Assembly (NCBI GenBank): GCA_030740155.1
Contig: JASLXV010000054.1
Coordinates: 32,001 to 96,000 of the forward strand
DNA length: 64,000 nt
DNA from: Dehalococcoidia bacterium
GTDB taxonomy: Bacteria > Chloroflexota > Dehalococcoidia > Lucifugimonadales > UBA3495
Direction: 5' to 3'
Shown: in pieces, positions 9,762 to 20,346 of the stretch
Numbering within the stretch: the stretch's first letter is position 1
Layout of the letters: each line of letters opens with the position of its first letter
The notes under the pieces: model-generated
The model's input: only the letters and a program-made list of their open reading frames with translations
Told to the model about the DNA's origin: nothing
Database searches by the model: none
Program-made: the position numbers and the translations under genes

Positions 9762-9955
9762 CGTTGGTTTGCGGCTGACGGATTTGAGTTGTTACGCTGC
9801 GTGTTCGCACCCGGCCATCGCCCGGCCGTTCGTGAGTGGTCCCGGGTTTTTCACTATTCCTCCAGCGGCCATAAACGGTCACAGAACACAGGCAACCTGA
9901 TGAGAAATCGAGCCGACACAGACGCCACCAAGCCCAGAGAACAAGAACGTAATAT

Positions 9956-10003
9956 CTCCGTGCCTCCGTGCCTCCGTGCCTCTGTGCCTCTGTGCCTCAG
10001 TGG
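9956..10003 (+). repeat. Six tandem 8-mers (CTCCGTGC/CTCTGTGC)
   Basis: Three CTCCGTGC, two CTCTGTGC, one CTCAGTGG. Confidence 0.9.
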
Positions 10004-10031
10004 CTCATAAGGTTAGGGGGGAGGACCACCC

Positions 10032-10943
10032 ATGCCATCGCTAAAGATCGGCTTTATCGGCCTGGGCCGGATGGGCCTGCCCATGTCTTATCGCCTGCTC
10101 GCGGCCGGCTTCGACCTGACGGTCCACAACCGTAGTCAGGGCAAGGTGCGCCAGATCGCCGGGGCGGGCGCCCACCCGGCCGAGTCCGCCGACCAGGTCG
10201 TGCGCGAAACGGACATCGTCCTCGCCTGCCTGCCCGATGTCGCCACGGTGGAGCGAGTCTTTCTGGGTGAGGACGGCATCGTGGCCAGCGCCCGGCCCGG
10301 CCAGATACTGGTGGACCACAGTACCGTTGGCCTGGACCAGTCGAAGACCTGCGCCGCCGCCGCTGGGGAAAAGGGCGCCCTATTTCTCGACGCCCCGATC
10401 AGCGGCGGCACCGAGCGGGCCGGGGACGGCACACTTACCATCATGGCGGGCGGGCCTGCTGAAGCCTTTCGACGGGCGCTGCCCTCTTTCCAAGCCATGG
10501 GAACGACCGTGCGTCACATGGGGCCGGCGGGCACCGGCACCGTGGCCAAGCTGGTCAACCAGCTTCTGGTGGGCATCCACTCCGTGGCCGCGGCGGAGGC
10601 GATGCTCCTAGCCGCCAAATCGGGGGCCGATCCTGCGCTGGTTTTCGAGGTGGTCAACTCCGGTTGGGGGCAGAGCTTCATGCTGGCCCGAAACGCCCCG
10701 GTGATGCTGGACCGCAGCTTCGACGACGCCCGCGCCCCGCTGCGGACGCTGCTCAAAGACCTCCTCTTGATTCAAGAACTGGTCCGGAAGCTGGACGCGC
10801 CGACTCCGGGCGCCGACCTGGCCTTTCGGCTATTCTCGGAGGCGGCCGCGGCGGGCCTGGGCGACCTGGACGGCCCGGCCGTCGTGCTCCCCATGGAGGA
10901 GCGGGCGGGCTGCCGGATTGAACGAGTACCGTCCCGCGAGTAA
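10032..10943 (+). CDS. NAD(P)-dependent beta-hydroxyacid dehydrogenase (3-hydroxyisobutyrate dehydrogenase family)
   Basis: IGFIGLGRMG, LDAPISGG and KLVNQ motifs. Confidence 0.92.
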   Translation: MPSLKIGFIGLGRMGLPMSYRLLAAGFDLTVHNRSQGKVRQIAGAGAHPAESADQVVRETDIVLACLPDVATVERVFLGEDGIVASARPGQILVDHSTVGLDQSKTCAAAAGEKGALFLDAPISGGTERAGDGTLTIMAGGPAEAFRRALPSFQAMGTTVRHMGPAGTGTVAKLVNQLLVGIHSVAAAEAMLLAAKSGADPALVFEVVNSGWGQSFMLARNAPVMLDRSFDDARAPLRTLLKDLLLIQELVRKLDAPTPGADLAFRLFSEAAAAGLGDLDGPAVVLPMEERAGCRIERVPSRE

Positions 10944-11053
10944 TCGTCTCGAAACCGCGGGCTCCGTTTCGGTCATATGACCACACCTCCGTGCCACGAC
11001 CCCCCCGGCGATGCTAGAATGATTGTCGAACAAATAATCACAGGTGCTGTTTA

Positions 11054-13990
11054 ATGCCCCAGGAATTCATATACGTCAAAGGCGCCAGGGAGCACAACCT
11101 CAAGAACATCGACGTGGCCATCCCCCGGGAGAAGCTGGTCGTCATCACCGGAGTTTCCGGGTCAGGCAAGAGTTCCCTGGCCTTCGATACCATCTACGCC
11201 GAAGGGCAGCGGCGCTACGTCGAGTCCCTATCCGCCTACGCCCGCCAGTTCCTAGGCCGCATGGACAAGCCCGACGTCGATTACATCGAGGGGCTCTCTC
11301 CGGCCATATCCATCGACCAAAAGGGCGTCTCCCACAACCCTCGCTCCACCGTGGGCACCGTTACCGAAGTCTACGACTACCTGCGGCTGCTCTTCGCCAG
11401 GGTGGGCCGGCCCCACTGCCCAAAATGCGGCCAGCCGGTGCAAAGACAGACCATCCAGCAGATCGCCGACTCCATCATGTCCCTCCCCGAGGGCAGCCGC
11501 ATCATGCTGCTGGCTCCCAAGGTGCGCCGCAGGAAAGGCGAGCACAAGGATGTCTTCGAGGCCGCCCGCAAATCCGGCTTCGTCCGGGTCCGGGTCAACG
11601 GCACCGTGCACCTGCTGGAGGAGCTTGGCGACCTGAACCTAGACAAGAAGAAGTGGCACTACATCGAGGTGGTGGTGGACCGGTTGATCGTCCGCCCGGA
11701 AACCGAGGTGAGCCGGGTGTCCGAGTCGGTGGAAGCGGCGCTACGGGAAGGAGATGGCGTCGTCCAGGTGGGCCGGGAGGGTGAGGAAGAGCTGGTCTTC
11801 TCCGAGCAGTTCGCCTGCGTCCAGTGCGGCACCAGCCTGTCGGAGATCGAGCCCCGCACCTTCAGCTTCAACAGCCCCCACGGCGCCTGTCCCGTGTGCA
11901 CCGGCCTCGGATACAAGCTCGAGGTCGACCCGGACCTGGTGATCTTCGACAAGAAACTGTCGCTGTTGGAAGGGGCCATAGCTCCCTGGAGCCGGGGCGG
12001 CACCTCCAGCAGCTGGTATCTGAGCCTGTTGGAGTCGGTGGCCGGGAGCCACGGTTTCTCGGCCAGTACGCCGGTCAAGGACCTGACCGAGAACCAGTTG
12101 AACATGGTCCTCTACGGCAACAAGTCCCGGAAAATCACCATCCGGCACAAAACCCAACATGGCCGCGTTTATAGCTGGAACACCACCTTCGAGGGGGTAA
12201 TTTCCAACCTGGAACGCCGCTACCGGGACACTGAATCAGACTATACCCGAGGGGAAATTGAGCGCTACATGGCCGCCCGGCCCTGCAAAACCTGCGGCGG
12301 CAAGCGGCTCCGGCCCGAGGCGCTCGCCGTCAGCGTCTGCGGCTTGGGGATCATGGACGTGTGCGCCAAGAACATCGGCGAGGCCCTCAACTGGGTGCGC
12401 GAGATCGACCCCGACGCCCCCGGTGACCATCCGGAAGGCGCCCTGTCCCGCCGGGACAAGACCATCGGCAATCAAATCCTGAAGGAGATCGAAGGCCGGC
12501 TGCGCTTCCTGGCGAACATCGGCCTCGACTATGTAACCATGGCCCGCACGGCCCGGACCCTCTCCGGCGGTGAAGCCCAGCGGGTCCGCCTCGCCACCCA
12601 GATCGGCTCCGGGCTGACCGGTGTTCTGTACGTTTGCGACGAGCCGACCGTCGGACTGCACCCCCACGACGACCACCTGCTGATCGGCACCCTGATCCGG
12701 CTGCGCGACATGGGCAACACCGTGATAGTGGTGGAGCACGACGAAGCGATGATGCGGGCCGCCGACTTCATCGCCGACCTGGGCCCCGGCGCCGGGGAGC
12801 ACGGAGGGCAGATCGTGGCCACCGGCACCATCGATGAGGTGATGCAGACGCCGGGGTCGCTGACGGGCCAATACCTCAGCGGAAAGAAGAAGGTGCCGAT
12901 GCCGGAAGGGCGCCGTCCGGGAAACGGCTCCTTCTTGACCATCGCCGGCGCCCGCGAAAACAACCTGCGGAACATCGACGTGGAGTTCCCTCTTGGGCTC
13001 CTGGCCTGCATTACCGGGGTCTCCGGCTCCGGCAAGAGTTCCCTGGTCTACGAGATCCTGTACAAGAAGCTGGCTCTGCTCATCAACCGGGCCAGAGACC
13101 TGCCCGGCGGCCACGACGACATTCTGGGAATCGAGAACATCGACAAAGTGGTGAACATCGACCAGTCACCCATCGGCCGGACCCCGCGCAGCAACCCGGC
13201 CACCTACACCGGGGCCTTCACGCCCATCCGGGAGCTGTTCGCCAACCTGCCCGAGGCCCGTATCCGGGGCTACCGGCCGGGCCGGTTTTCCTTCAACGTG
13301 AAGGGAGGCCGGTGCGAAGCTTGTCAGGGCGCGGGCTTCAATCAGATCGAGATGCAATTCCTCCCCGACGTCACCGTCCCCTGCGAGATTTGCCAGGGAC
13401 GCCGCTACAACCGGGAGGCCTTGGAGGTAACCCTCCGCGGCAAGAGCATCGCCGACGTGCTAAGCATGACCGTGGACCAGGGCCTGGAGTTCTTCTGGAA
13501 TTTTCCACGCATCAAGTCCAAGCTGGAGACCCTCCGGGACGTGGGCCTGGGCTACATCCGCCTGGGTCAACCGGCCACCACCCTCTCCGGCGGTGAGGCC
13601 CAACGGGTGAAGCTGTCCACCGAGCTATCCAAGCGGGCTACCGGCAGGACACTGTATCTGCTGGACGAACCGACCACCGGCCTCTCCTTCGAAGACTGCG
13701 CTGCCCTGCTGCGGGTGCTGCACCGCCTGGTGGACGCCGGCAACAGCATGTTTCTCATCGAGCACAACCTGGACATAATCAAGAACGCCGACTGGATCAT
13801 CGACCTGGGCCCGGGAGCGGGGGACGAAGGAGGCCGGCTTATCGCCACCGGCACCCCAGAGCAACTGGCCGAGAATCCCGACTCTTTCACCGGCCAGTAT
13901 CTGCGAAAGTTTCTCCCGGCGAAGGCGCCGGTGAAATCAAGAACGAAGGGGAAGGCGAAGGTGCCGGCGCCGGCCGCCGCGGGGAACTAG
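11054..13990 (+). CDS. uvrA: Excinuclease ABC subunit A
   Basis: GAREHNLKN, two GVSGSGKSS Walker A motifs, two LSGGEAQR signatures and zinc fingers. Confidence 0.98.
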   Translation: MPQEFIYVKGAREHNLKNIDVAIPREKLVVITGVSGSGKSSLAFDTIYAEGQRRYVESLSAYARQFLGRMDKPDVDYIEGLSPAISIDQKGVSHNPRSTVGTVTEVYDYLRLLFARVGRPHCPKCGQPVQRQTIQQIADSIMSLPEGSRIMLLAPKVRRRKGEHKDVFEAARKSGFVRVRVNGTVHLLEELGDLNLDKKKWHYIEVVVDRLIVRPETEVSRVSESVEAALREGDGVVQVGREGEEELVFSEQFACVQCGTSLSEIEPRTFSFNSPHGACPVCTGLGYKLEVDPDLVIFDKKLSLLEGAIAPWSRGGTSSSWYLSLLESVAGSHGFSASTPVKDLTENQLNMVLYGNKSRKITIRHKTQHGRVYSWNTTFEGVISNLERRYRDTESDYTRGEIERYMAARPCKTCGGKRLRPEALAVSVCGLGIMDVCAKNIGEALNWVREIDPDAPGDHPEGALSRRDKTIGNQILKEIEGRLRFLANIGLDYVTMARTARTLSGGEAQRVRLATQIGSGLTGVLYVCDEPTVGLHPHDDHLLIGTLIRLRDMGNTVIVVEHDEAMMRAADFIADLGPGAGEHGGQIVATGTIDEVMQTPGSLTGQYLSGKKKVPMPEGRRPGNGSFLTIAGARENNLRNIDVEFPLGLLACITGVSGSGKSSLVYEILYKKLALLINRARDLPGGHDDILGIENIDKVVNIDQSPIGRTPRSNPATYTGAFTPIRELFANLPEARIRGYRPGRFSFNVKGGRCEACQGAGFNQIEMQFLPDVTVPCEICQGRRYNREALEVTLRGKSIADVLSMTVDQGLEFFWNFPRIKSKLETLRDVGLGYIRLGQPATTLSGGEAQRVKLSTELSKRATGRTLYLLDEPTTGLSFEDCAALLRVLHRLVDAGNSMFLIEHNLDIIKNADWIIDLGPGAGDEGGRLIATGTPEQLAENPDSFTGQYLRKFLPAKAPVKSRTKGKAKVPAPAAAGN

Positions 13991-14082
13991 CGCTCGCATT
14001 CATTTTTGTCACAGCCTCGGCGGTTTGATAGAATGGTTCGATAGAATGATTGACGCAATTCCCAACCAACGGGAGGATACCG

Positions 14083-14721
14083 ATGCCCCTTCACTACGAC
14101 GGTGAAGTCCGGATTAACAAGATCAACATGGGGCCTTACGGCAACAACGGTTACATCGTGGTGTGCCCGGAGACCAACGAGGGCATCATTATCGACACCC
14201 CTGCCGAGCCGGAAAAGCTCCTGAATGTGCTCGGCGATACCAAGATCAAGAATATTCTGATCACCCACAACCATCGAGACCACTTGCTGGGGTTTGATGA
14301 GATCACCGGCAGTGTCGGCGCTCCCGTGGGCATCGGCACCAAAGACGCCGGCGCGCTTCCCAAGCCCCCGGAAAACAATCTGGAAGACGGAGACGTGATC
14401 AAATTCGGCAACCGGGAACTCCAGGTGCTGGCCACCCCCGGCCATACCGACGGCGCCGTCTGCTTTCTCGTGGGGAAGCATCTCTTCTCCGGCGACACCC
14501 TGTTCCCCGGAGGCCCCGGCAAGACCCGCAGCCCCGAGGCCCTGCAACAGGTTATCGCTAGCATCACCGGCAAGCTCCTGGTGCTGCCGGACGAAACGGC
14601 GGTCTACCCCGGGCACGGTAACGACACCACCATCGGCACCGCCCGGCAGGAGTACCAGGTCTTCGCCTCTCAGCCCCACCCACCGGACCTTTGCGGAGAC
14701 GTCGCCTGGGTTGCCCAGTAA
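14083..14721 (+). CDS. MBL-fold metallo-hydrolase (glyoxalase II-like)
   Basis: THNHRDH, TPGHT, SGDTLF and YPGHG motifs. ATG 14083 follows GGGAGG. Confidence 0.92.
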   Translation: MPLHYDGEVRINKINMGPYGNNGYIVVCPETNEGIIIDTPAEPEKLLNVLGDTKIKNILITHNHRDHLLGFDEITGSVGAPVGIGTKDAGALPKPPENNLEDGDVIKFGNRELQVLATPGHTDGAVCFLVGKHLFSGDTLFPGGPGKTRSPEALQQVIASITGKLLVLPDETAVYPGHGNDTTIGTARQEYQVFASQPHPPDLCGDVAWVAQ

Positions 14722-14853
14722 ACGCCATTTTGTGGCGCCACCCACACCCACCAAGAACCTCTCCGGGCTCCCGACAGCGGAAGCCTTTTCCGGCTGCCCT
14801 CCGGCAGGCACGGGAAGGGGCCGCGCCCCGGCGCCCGTAATATCAGGATAAAC

Positions 14854-16116
14854 ATGTTCCAACGCTCCGTCCTGGATAACCAGCTCCGGGTCCTGACCTC
14901 GGCCATAGCTCACACCAACTCGGTGTCCATGGTCATCTGCGTCGGCTCCGGCTCACGGTATGAGACCCCGGAAATGGCCGGGGTTTCCCACTTCATCGAG
15001 CATTTGCCCTTCAAAGGAACCAAGAAGTGGCCTACCGCCCGAGAGGTCAGCGAGGCCATCGAAGGGGTCGGCGGCATCATGAACGCCAGCACCGACCGGG
15101 AGATGACCGTCTTCTGGTGCAAGGTCGCCAAGGACCACTTCCACTCGGCCTTTTCCGTGCTGCTGGACATGATACTCAACCCGGTGCTGGACCCGGTTGA
15201 GGTGGAGAAGGAACGGGAGGTCATCCAGGAAGAGCTGCGGATGACCTACGACAACCCCACCTATAAGGTAGACCTCCTTATCGATGAGGCCCTGTGGCCG
15301 GACCAGGCCATGGGCCGGGACGTAGGAGGAACCGCCGAGACCGTCAGCGAGATCACCCGGGATAGCATCCACGAGTACATGCACCGTCAGTACAACCCGG
15401 CCAACACCGTGGTGGCCATCGCCGGCAACATAACCCACGAAGAGGTGCTGGACCAGGTGGATAAAGCCACCGGGAGTTGGAAACCTCAGCCGGCCCTGGA
15501 CTGGGAGCGGGTGACCCATCACGACGGCGGCCCCGTCGTCCGGATGGAACAGCGGCGCACCGACCAGACCCACCTTTGCCTCGCCCTTCCCGGCCTCTCC
15601 ATGGAGGACCCGGACCGGTATAGCCTCGCCATGCTCAACGTCATGCTGGGCGACGGGATGAGCAGCCGGCTGTTCTTGAATCTGCGGGAACAGCAGAGTC
15701 TGGCCTACGACGTCAGCAGCTCGACCAGCAGCTTCCGGGACTGTGGCTCGGTGGTGATCTACTGCGGTGTTGAGCCGAAGAAGAGCCGGGAAGCGGTCCG
15801 CGTGGTAGTCGGCGAGTTGGAGGGTATGCACCAAGAGGCTTCACAGCAGGAGCTGACCAAAGCCAAGGAGTACACCAAAGGCAGGCTGCTGCTGCGGATG
15901 GAAGACACCAGAGCGGTGGCGTCATGGCTGGCGTCCCAGGAACTCTTGCGGGACCGGGTCGCCACCCTGGACGAGGCGATCCAGAACATCGACGCCGTCA
16001 CCACCTCCGACGTGGCCAAAGTAGCTCGGAGGCTATTCGACGGGGACAAGCTCAAACTCGCCGTGGTCGGCCCCCACCGAAGCGATAAGCTGTTCCTCCG
16101 GGCATTGCGGTTCTAG
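14854..16116 (+). CDS. M16 (pitrilysin) family zinc peptidase
   Basis: HFIEH inverted zinc motif; GMSSRLF..LRE...LAY. Confidence 0.93.
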   Translation: MFQRSVLDNQLRVLTSAIAHTNSVSMVICVGSGSRYETPEMAGVSHFIEHLPFKGTKKWPTAREVSEAIEGVGGIMNASTDREMTVFWCKVAKDHFHSAFSVLLDMILNPVLDPVEVEKEREVIQEELRMTYDNPTYKVDLLIDEALWPDQAMGRDVGGTAETVSEITRDSIHEYMHRQYNPANTVVAIAGNITHEEVLDQVDKATGSWKPQPALDWERVTHHDGGPVVRMEQRRTDQTHLCLALPGLSMEDPDRYSLAMLNVMLGDGMSSRLFLNLREQQSLAYDVSSSTSSFRDCGSVVIYCGVEPKKSREAVRVVVGELEGMHQEASQQELTKAKEYTKGRLLLRMEDTRAVASWLASQELLRDRVATLDEAIQNIDAVTTSDVAKVARRLFDGDKLKLAVVGPHRSDKLFLRALRF

Positions 16117-16303
16117 TACACTGTCTCGTAAATAGCTTTACGTCGGCAAGATTTGGCGATATTTCTTCCCCCGATCGTCTTTCCGGCGCAAGCCGGAATC
16201 CAGCCTCACCATCGTCATTCCGGCGCAGGCCGGAATCCAGGGAAGCGTTTGCTTGATCCCGGCCTTCGCCAGGATGACGGGCCGTGCACCGAGCCGGACA
16301 TGA
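16113..16303 (-). mobile_element. MITE-like element carrying CGTC-type REPs, inserted at the CTAG stop of the M16 gene
   Basis: CTAG-TACACTGTCTCGTAAATAGCTTTAC end, three REP units, colinear with the reverse complement of 44449..44614; distal end degenerate. Confidence 0.7.
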
Positions 16304-16355
16304 GGGCCTTCCCGCCAAGTGGGGCCCGGTACGCCAATGAGTCAATTGCGGAGGT

Positions 16356-17432
16356 ATGATGGACCCTTCCGACACAATCGAAGTTGACGGCCTGGAAGAG
16401 GCCTACGAAGCCATGTACCGGGAAGGCTGGACCGACGGCCTGCCCGCGGTCCCTCCCACCGACCGGCTTGTCCAGGCCGTGCTTGACTACCTCGGCCGGG
16501 ACCCCGAAGAGGTCATCGGCACGGTACCGCCTCAAAACAGGATCGCCACCGTGCAAAAGGTAGCCGTCAACTGCGTCATGGCCGGCTGCCGTCCCGAGTA
16601 CGTACCGGTGGTCATCGCCGCCCTAGAAGGTATGCTGGACGACGCCTTCAACCTGAACGGGGTCCAGGCCACCACCAACTGCATCAGCCCCTTGGCCATC
16701 GTCAGCGGGCCGGTGGTCGACCAATTGGGGTTCAACTACGGCGACAACGTCTTCGGCGGCGGCTCCAGGGCCAACGCCGCCGTGGGGCGGGCCATCCGCC
16801 TGATCCTCTGGAACCTGGGAGGCGGCTACGCCGGAGAAATCGACCGGGCGACATTCGGGCACCCGGGGAAGTACACCTTCTGCATCGCCGAAGACATCCA
16901 CAACAGCCCGTGGCAGTTGCTGCACCAGGACCGGGGTTTTCCCGGCGAAGGGTCGTACGTTACCGTCTTCGCCTGCGAGTCGCCCCACCACATAGCCACC
17001 GGCTCCGGCTACGTCCTTACCGGCACGGATGTCCTTAGCGTAATCGCCGACTGCATCTCCACGGCGGGTAGCGCCGCGATGAACGGCGGCGGACAGGTGC
17101 TTCTGGTCGTGGGACCGATGACCGCCCAGAAATTGGCCGCCGACGGGTACGACAAGGCCCGGGTGCGTCAGGAGCTTCATGAGCTTGCCCGGAAGCCGGT
17201 GAGCCTGATGAAGTCGAACAAATTCCTCAACCCCGACCATCCGTTTCACTGGGCCAACTTCGTGGACATCAACGACGATAACGCGATGATTCCGGCGCTC
17301 CGCCTCCCCGAGGACCTGCTGGTCATGGTGGCCGGTGGTTGGGGGTCCGGCTCCGGCTTCAACGCCGTGTGCCACGGCTGGATGCAGGCCGGGGGCCGGG
17401 CCCAAACCCGGCAAATCAAAATGCCAAGTTGA
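16356..17432 (+). CDS. Conserved protein of the WTDGLP..PPT family, typically linked to UGSC (seleno)proteins
   Basis: GWTDGLPAVPPT, AVNCVMAGCRPEY, RANAAVGRA and GHPGKY motifs. Confidence 0.8.
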   Translation: MMDPSDTIEVDGLEEAYEAMYREGWTDGLPAVPPTDRLVQAVLDYLGRDPEEVIGTVPPQNRIATVQKVAVNCVMAGCRPEYVPVVIAALEGMLDDAFNLNGVQATTNCISPLAIVSGPVVDQLGFNYGDNVFGGGSRANAAVGRAIRLILWNLGGGYAGEIDRATFGHPGKYTFCIAEDIHNSPWQLLHQDRGFPGEGSYVTVFACESPHHIATGSGYVLTGTDVLSVIADCISTAGSAAMNGGGQVLLVVGPMTAQKLAADGYDKARVRQELHELARKPVSLMKSNKFLNPDHPFHWANFVDINDDNAMIPALRLPEDLLVMVAGGWGSGSGFNAVCHGWMQAGGRAQTRQIKMPS

Positions 17433-17547
17433 GCCAAGCCACGGGCCCAACCCTGGAACGAAAAGTCAGGGGCGGACTCCTGCCTTCAGGCAAGCACCAG
17501 GGTAAGGGGCGGGTAACCGCTGAAATCACCCGTTAACGGAGGACATC

Positions 17548-18078
17548 ATGGCCAAGATAATTCTTCACAGCCCGGTAGGCCACGAAGCGCCCCATGCCGA
17601 AGGGCTGGCGCCCTTGACCGATCCCCGGGGAAGCCGGGTGGCCTTTCTTTTCAACGGCCACGTATCGGTGCTCCCCTTCTGGAAGAACCTGGAGCAGGAG
17701 ATAATGCTCCGGTGCGAGCCGGAGTCCATCAGCAAGGTGGTCAAGCCCAACACCTTCGCTCCCGCATCCGCCTCCGACATCCAGGAGTTGTCTTCGGCCG
17801 ACCTGGCTCTGGTAGGCGTGTGCGCTTGAGGGTCCTGCACTTCCGGCTCCGTGCGAGACGGTATCAACCTGGAGCGGGCCGGTGTCCCGGCCCTCGTCAT
17901 TTCCCACGACGTGTTCGAAAAGGCGGCCCAAGCCCAATCCAAGGCCCTGGGTTTGGCCGACCTCCGGCTCATCGTCTACAACCAGCCCAAGGGCGAAGCG
18001 GAGGATGTAGAGGGGGCAGCCGCGGCTCGATCTGTGGTGGACCGGTTGCTCGAGATGGTGCGGGACGCTTCTGGTTGA
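17548..18078 (+). CDS. UGSC-family selenoprotein (in-frame TGA at 17827-17829 read as Sec)
   Basis: ORFs 17548..17829 and 17851..18078 are in the same frame. Readthrough gives ...LVGVCA-U-GSCTSGSVRDGINLERAGVP..., 176 aa. Confidence 0.85.
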
Positions 18079-18197
18079 TCATCTCGCGCCTTCCCGCCCG
18101 GTAGCGCCGCCACCGGGCATCGGCCTGGTGGCCCGTTCAATCAAAGCCGGCCTTCGCCTTGGCCCGAATCGGTGAGAGCCCGGTGGATCACGCCGCG

Positions 18198-18998
18198 CTA
18201 GATCGCTGAAGCATCGAATTCCGGCGCCACCGGGTTCCGCAGCACTCCAATTCCTGGGATGTCGACTTCCACCGTATCGTCGGGCCTAATAGCCTTGGTG
18301 ACGCCGGTGGTACCGGAGTAAACCAGGTCGCCGGGGTGAAGCGTCACCTGCTGGCTGATGTAGCTGACAATCTCGAAGAAAGTAAACAGCATGTCCTTGG
18401 TGTGAGCCCTCTGTACCTCCACACCGTTGACCCGGACTATCAACTCCAAATTCTGCGGGTTGATATCCGTCTCGATCCAGGGACCGATCGGGGCGAAGGT
18501 GTCCGAGCCTTTGGCCCGCCAGAAACTCCGGTCGTCCTTTTGCCAGGCTCGCTCGCTCACGTCGTTGCCGCAGGTGTAGCCCAGGATGTACTTGCGGGCC
18601 TCGGCGGGCGTTATACGGCGGCAAGGCTTGCCGATGACCGCCACGGCTTCACCTTCGTAGTGCACATCACCATCGGAGTCTCTGGGGATTATTATCGGAT
18701 CGCAGTGTCCCACCAGAGCGCTGCGGGCTTTGAGCCAGGGCTCGGGATGCTCCGGCGCCGCCGGCGTCGAATTTCCGGACATCGATGCGGCGAACTCCAG
18801 ATGATCCGCGAAATTCATGCCCGGCGCCCACATCTCAGTCGGCTCCGTCGGGGGGAGCAGTTTGACATCAGACAGCTTATATTGAATGTCGGTCATCCTG
18901 AACTGGGTGTAGATACTGCCCCGGATTTCAATCACGTCCTCCCCCTGCACCACCCCATACGCTACTCTTCTGGCGGCACGAAACCGCGCGATTTTCAT
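18198..18998 (-). CDS. Fumarylacetoacetate hydrolase family protein
   Basis: HYEGE, GYTCGNDVSER, RAKGSDTFAPIGP and LHPGDL motifs. Start MKIARF at 18998. Confidence 0.93.
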   Translation of the reverse strand: MKIARFRAARRVAYGVVQGEDVIEIRGSIYTQFRMTDIQYKLSDVKLLPPTEPTEMWAPGMNFADHLEFAASMSGNSTPAAPEHPEPWLKARSALVGHCDPIIIPRDSDGDVHYEGEAVAVIGKPCRRITPAEARKYILGYTCGNDVSERAWQKDDRSFWRAKGSDTFAPIGPWIETDINPQNLELIVRVNGVEVQRAHTKDMLFTFFEIVSYISQQVTLHPGDLVYSGTTGVTKAIRPDDTVEVDIPGIGVLRNPVAPEFDASAI

Positions 18999-19188
18999 TC
19001 TGTAGCTACCTCTCGGCCCTGTTCCTGAGGGTACTCGGTGGGGATTGTAACCTTTCCTGAGGGGCGCCACAAGGGCCAAAACACGTTGCTTGGAAGACCC
19101 GTCGGAGATTAGAATACCACTCTGGCGCATCCGTGATCGGTCCGAACTTGCCAAACAATTCGAAGCGCCGTATCTGGGAGGGTCCACC

Positions 19189-20202
19189 GTGAAGGTTGGT
19201 TTCTTTGTCAACGCTCAACATCCGCAAGACGAGTCGATGCCTCAAAAGATTCAGGCAAACGTGGAACAGGTCAGGGCGGCCCGTGACGCCGGCTTCGACC
19301 TGATCTGCGCCGCCCAGCACTACCTGTCGGCGCCCTACCAGATGTGCACCACCTTCCCCCTACTGGCAAGGATGGCGGCGGAGGCCGGCGAGATGGAATT
19401 GGCCGCCACCGTGGTCCTGCTGCCCCTCCACAATCCGGTGGAGTTGGCCGAGAGCGTCGCCACCATGGATGCTATCTGCGGAGGCCGCTTCATCCTCGGC
19501 ATCGGCCTGGGCTACCGGGATGAAGAGTACACTGCCTTCGGCATCCGGCGGAGCGAACGGGTGGGCCGGATGCATGAGGCCCTGAAGGTGATGAAACTTC
19601 TCTGGGGTGAGGAAGAGGTGGAGTTCCAGGGGAAGTACTACCAGGTGCCACGGGTCAAGCCGGCCACTCGCACCGTCCAGAAACCTCACCCTCCCATCTG
19701 GGTGGCGGCCAACAACGATGTCGCCATCCGCCGGGCCGCCCGATGGGGCTATCCCTGGCTGATCAACCCCCATGCCACCGTGCCGATGGTCGCCGGCCAA
19801 TTCCAGCGCTACCTCGAGGAACTCAAGCTGGCCGGGCAGCCAACCCCCCAGGTATTGCCCATGATGCGGGAGCTGTACGTTGCCAGTGACCGGGAGACCG
19901 CCTACCAGGAGAGCCGGCCCTATCTGGAGGGGAAATACGCAGCCTACGCCGCCTGGGGTCAGGACAAGGCCCTGCCCGGCGACGAGAGCTTCAGCATTCC
20001 CTACCAAGACTTGGCCCGGGACCGCTTCTTGCTGGGGTCCCCGGACGACGTGGTCCGGGAGATGCTGCGCTACCGGGACGAACTGGGCGTCAACTACCTG
20101 ATTTTCCGGATGCAATGGCCCGGCATAGAGCAAGAGAAGGTGCTCCGGCAGATCGAACTCATGGGCCGGGAAGTGATCCCCCGGGTCAAAGCTGCCGCGT
20201 AG
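19189..20202 (+). CDS. LLM-class flavin-dependent oxidoreductase
   Basis: LLPLHNPVELAE..AT.D...GGRF.LG.GLGYR and P.PPIW motifs. GTG start after GGGAGGG. Confidence 0.92.
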   Translation: MKVGFFVNAQHPQDESMPQKIQANVEQVRAARDAGFDLICAAQHYLSAPYQMCTTFPLLARMAAEAGEMELAATVVLLPLHNPVELAESVATMDAICGGRFILGIGLGYRDEEYTAFGIRRSERVGRMHEALKVMKLLWGEEEVEFQGKYYQVPRVKPATRTVQKPHPPIWVAANNDVAIRRAARWGYPWLINPHATVPMVAGQFQRYLEELKLAGQPTPQVLPMMRELYVASDRETAYQESRPYLEGKYAAYAAWGQDKALPGDESFSIPYQDLARDRFLLGSPDDVVREMLRYRDELGVNYLIFRMQWPGIEQEKVLRQIELMGREVIPRVKAAA

Positions 20203-20254
20203 CGCGCCGGTGGTGACATGATCGCCTCCCAACAGGGAAGGGCTCCCCCTAAGG

Positions 20255-20343
20255 CCCGTCGTTCCCATCGCTCGTTGTTGCTCCTTTGGATTCAATGAAA
20301 CTATCTCCCTCCTCATCAACGTGACATCATCACTGGCCTGGCA
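20255..20343 (-). mobile_element. Truncated IS remnant (IS1202/ISNCY-like left end plus first codons of a transposase)
   Basis: Minus strand reads TGCCAGGCCAGTGATGATGTCAC, then MRREIVSLNPKEQQRAM, which resembles these transposase N-termini; breaks off after about 18 codons. Confidence 0.4.
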
Positions 20344-20346
20344 GGG

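Noticed and set aside
9956..10003. CRISPR-like array
   Set aside because: Contiguous 8-mers with no spacers and no cas genes.
16176..16279. Repeated 28-bp palindromes as a mini-CRISPR
   Set aside because: Spacers are about 10 nt and one unit is inverted, which is REP architecture.
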